Source of the DNA: Candidatus Altiarchaeota archaeon
Lineage (GTDB): Archaea > Altiarchaeota > Altiarchaeia > IMC4 > SCGC-AAA252-I15
Reading direction: 5' to 3'
Assembly: GCA_043804895.1 (NCBI GenBank)
Contig: JAZDIN010000011.1
Span: 1 to 58,988, forward strand
Length of the DNA: 58,988 bases
Below are positions 57,913 to 58,988 of this stretch, piece by piece. The first letter of the stretch is position 1. Each line of letters starts with the position of its first letter. A program made the translations under genes and the position numbers. A model generated the notes under the pieces. It saw only the letters and a list, made by a program, of their open reading frames with translations, did no database searches and had not been told where the DNA came from.

Positions 57913-58988
57913 ATGGACCGTATCAGGATGTTCTCTAAAGCCAGACGTATAGTAGTCAAAGTCGGCACATCAAGCATAACCGAGGACCTCACACTAAGCG
58001 AGCGCAAGCTCGGAAAATTGGTGTCCGAGGTTGCCCGCGTCCACCAAGCCGGCAGGGAGGTTATAATAGTCTCCTCTGGCGCAATAGCGGCAGGCATAAG
58101 GAAGCTCGGATTGAAAGCGCGTCCACGAGACATGAACCTGCTGCAGGCGACCGCTGCGGTAGGTCAGAGTGAACTGATGGGAGCCTACGGGAAGGCGTTC
58201 GCAAAACACGGCATAACTGTCGCACAGATACTCCTCACAAGGGATGACTTTCACTCTCGGGGCAGGTGCCTGAGGATTAAGACGACAATAGACACGCTCC
58301 TTAAAGCTGGGGCAATCCCGGTAATAAATGAGAATGACTCAGTCGCTGTCGAGGAGATAAAGTTCGGAGACAACGACACCCTATCAGCCACGGTCGCCTC
58401 CAACGTCGGAGCAGACCTCCTGGTGCTAATGTCCAGCATGGACGGCTTACACACCAAAGACCCTGCAAGGAGCAAGGGTGCGGTGAAGATTGATGTTGTC
58501 GATAGGATAACGGACGACATCCTCTCACTGAAAGGTAAGTCTAGGCTCGGGGGCGTCGGCGGAATAGAGTCGAAAATCAAGGCAGGGAAGATGATGATGG
58601 AATGTGGTATCCCAATGGCCATAGTAGATTCGGGCATGGAAGACGTCCTCTCAAGGCTCACATGCGGCGAGAATGTGGGTACTCTATTCCTCCCTAAGGG
58701 CAGGATAGAGGACAAACACCAGTGGATGCTATACTCCTCAGTAAGTCGCGGAATCATAACAGTCGATGACGGAGCAGCCAGAGTACTCTCGAAGGGGAAG
58801 GCCAGCCTACTACCCCCTGGCATCATCAATGTCAAGGGCATCTTCAAAAAAGGAGACACAGTCTCGGTAGCCGACAGGAGCGGCCGGGAGTTCGCCCGCG
58901 GGATGACGAACTTCAGCTCAGAGGAAGTCGAGAAGATAATGGGGAAACAATCAGTTGAGATACAGAAGATAACCGGCAAAAAAATAAA
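57913..58988 (+). CDS. proB: glutamate 5-kinase with PUA domain (runs off window)
   Basis: Not in ORF track: IVVKVGTS, VSSGAIAAG, AAVGQ, INENDSV, FGDNDTLS; PUA segment VDDGA..SLLPPG. Confidence 0.93.
   Translation, partial: MDRIRMFSKARRIVVKVGTSSITEDLTLSERKLGKLVSEVARVHQAGREVIIVSSGAIAAGIRKLGLKARPRDMNLLQATAAVGQSELMGAYGKAFAKHGITVAQILLTRDDFHSRGRCLRIKTTIDTLLKAGAIPVINENDSVAVEEIKFGDNDTLSATVASNVGADLLVLMSSMDGLHTKDPARSKGAVKIDVVDRITDDILSLKGKSRLGGVGGIESKIKAGKMMMECGIPMAIVDSGMEDVLSRLTCGENVGTLFLPKGRIEDKHQWMLYSSVSRGIITVDDGAARVLSKGKASLLPPGIINVKGIFKKGDTVSVADRSGREFARGMTNFSSEEVEKIMGKQSVEIQKITGKKI

Noticed and set aside
57909-58979. Minus-strand ORFs at the right end
   Set aside because: Antisense shadows of plus-strand proB

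Overview
Archaeal chromosomal segment. Support: HMf-type histone, archaeal-type ValRS, GlmU and AlaX-M, a KaiC/RAD55 ATPase, and TATA-like boxes about 22-25 nt upstream of apparently leaderless starts. The gene style (Thr-rich surface proteins, many charged orphans) suggests a DPANN/Altiarchaeota-like lineage, which is inference only. Core content: Ca2+/H+ antiporter, tdh-kbl threonine catabolism, glucan phosphorylase, valS, glmU, MEMO1, MazG, pgi, an acr3-arsR-arsM arsenic operon, a nitrogen/redox cluster (GSIII, two glutamate dehydrogenases, NfnAB/SudAB, Lrp), a P-type Ca2+ ATPase, tRNA-Lys(UUU), pcm, prs and proB. Most notable accessory observations: (1) an integrase-less integron-like unit behind pgi (attI-like site, one gene cassette, attC hairpin, 14-bp direct repeats); (2) a 29-aa bS22/mS38-like basic protein missed by the ORF track; (3) an HTH plus LAGLIDADG protein with both catalytic acidic residues replaced by Gln; (4) two paralogous ~650-aa HEXXH orphans sharing a promoter with an unrelated orphan operon 27 kb away; (5) an MNT-HEPN toxin-antitoxin pair bracketed by a synonymously diverged copy of the glmU 3' end; (6) a 1.5-kb tRNA-Lys-integrated mini-island; (7) a surface thioredoxin/CcdA operon. 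All calls come from reading motifs by eye; no searches were run.
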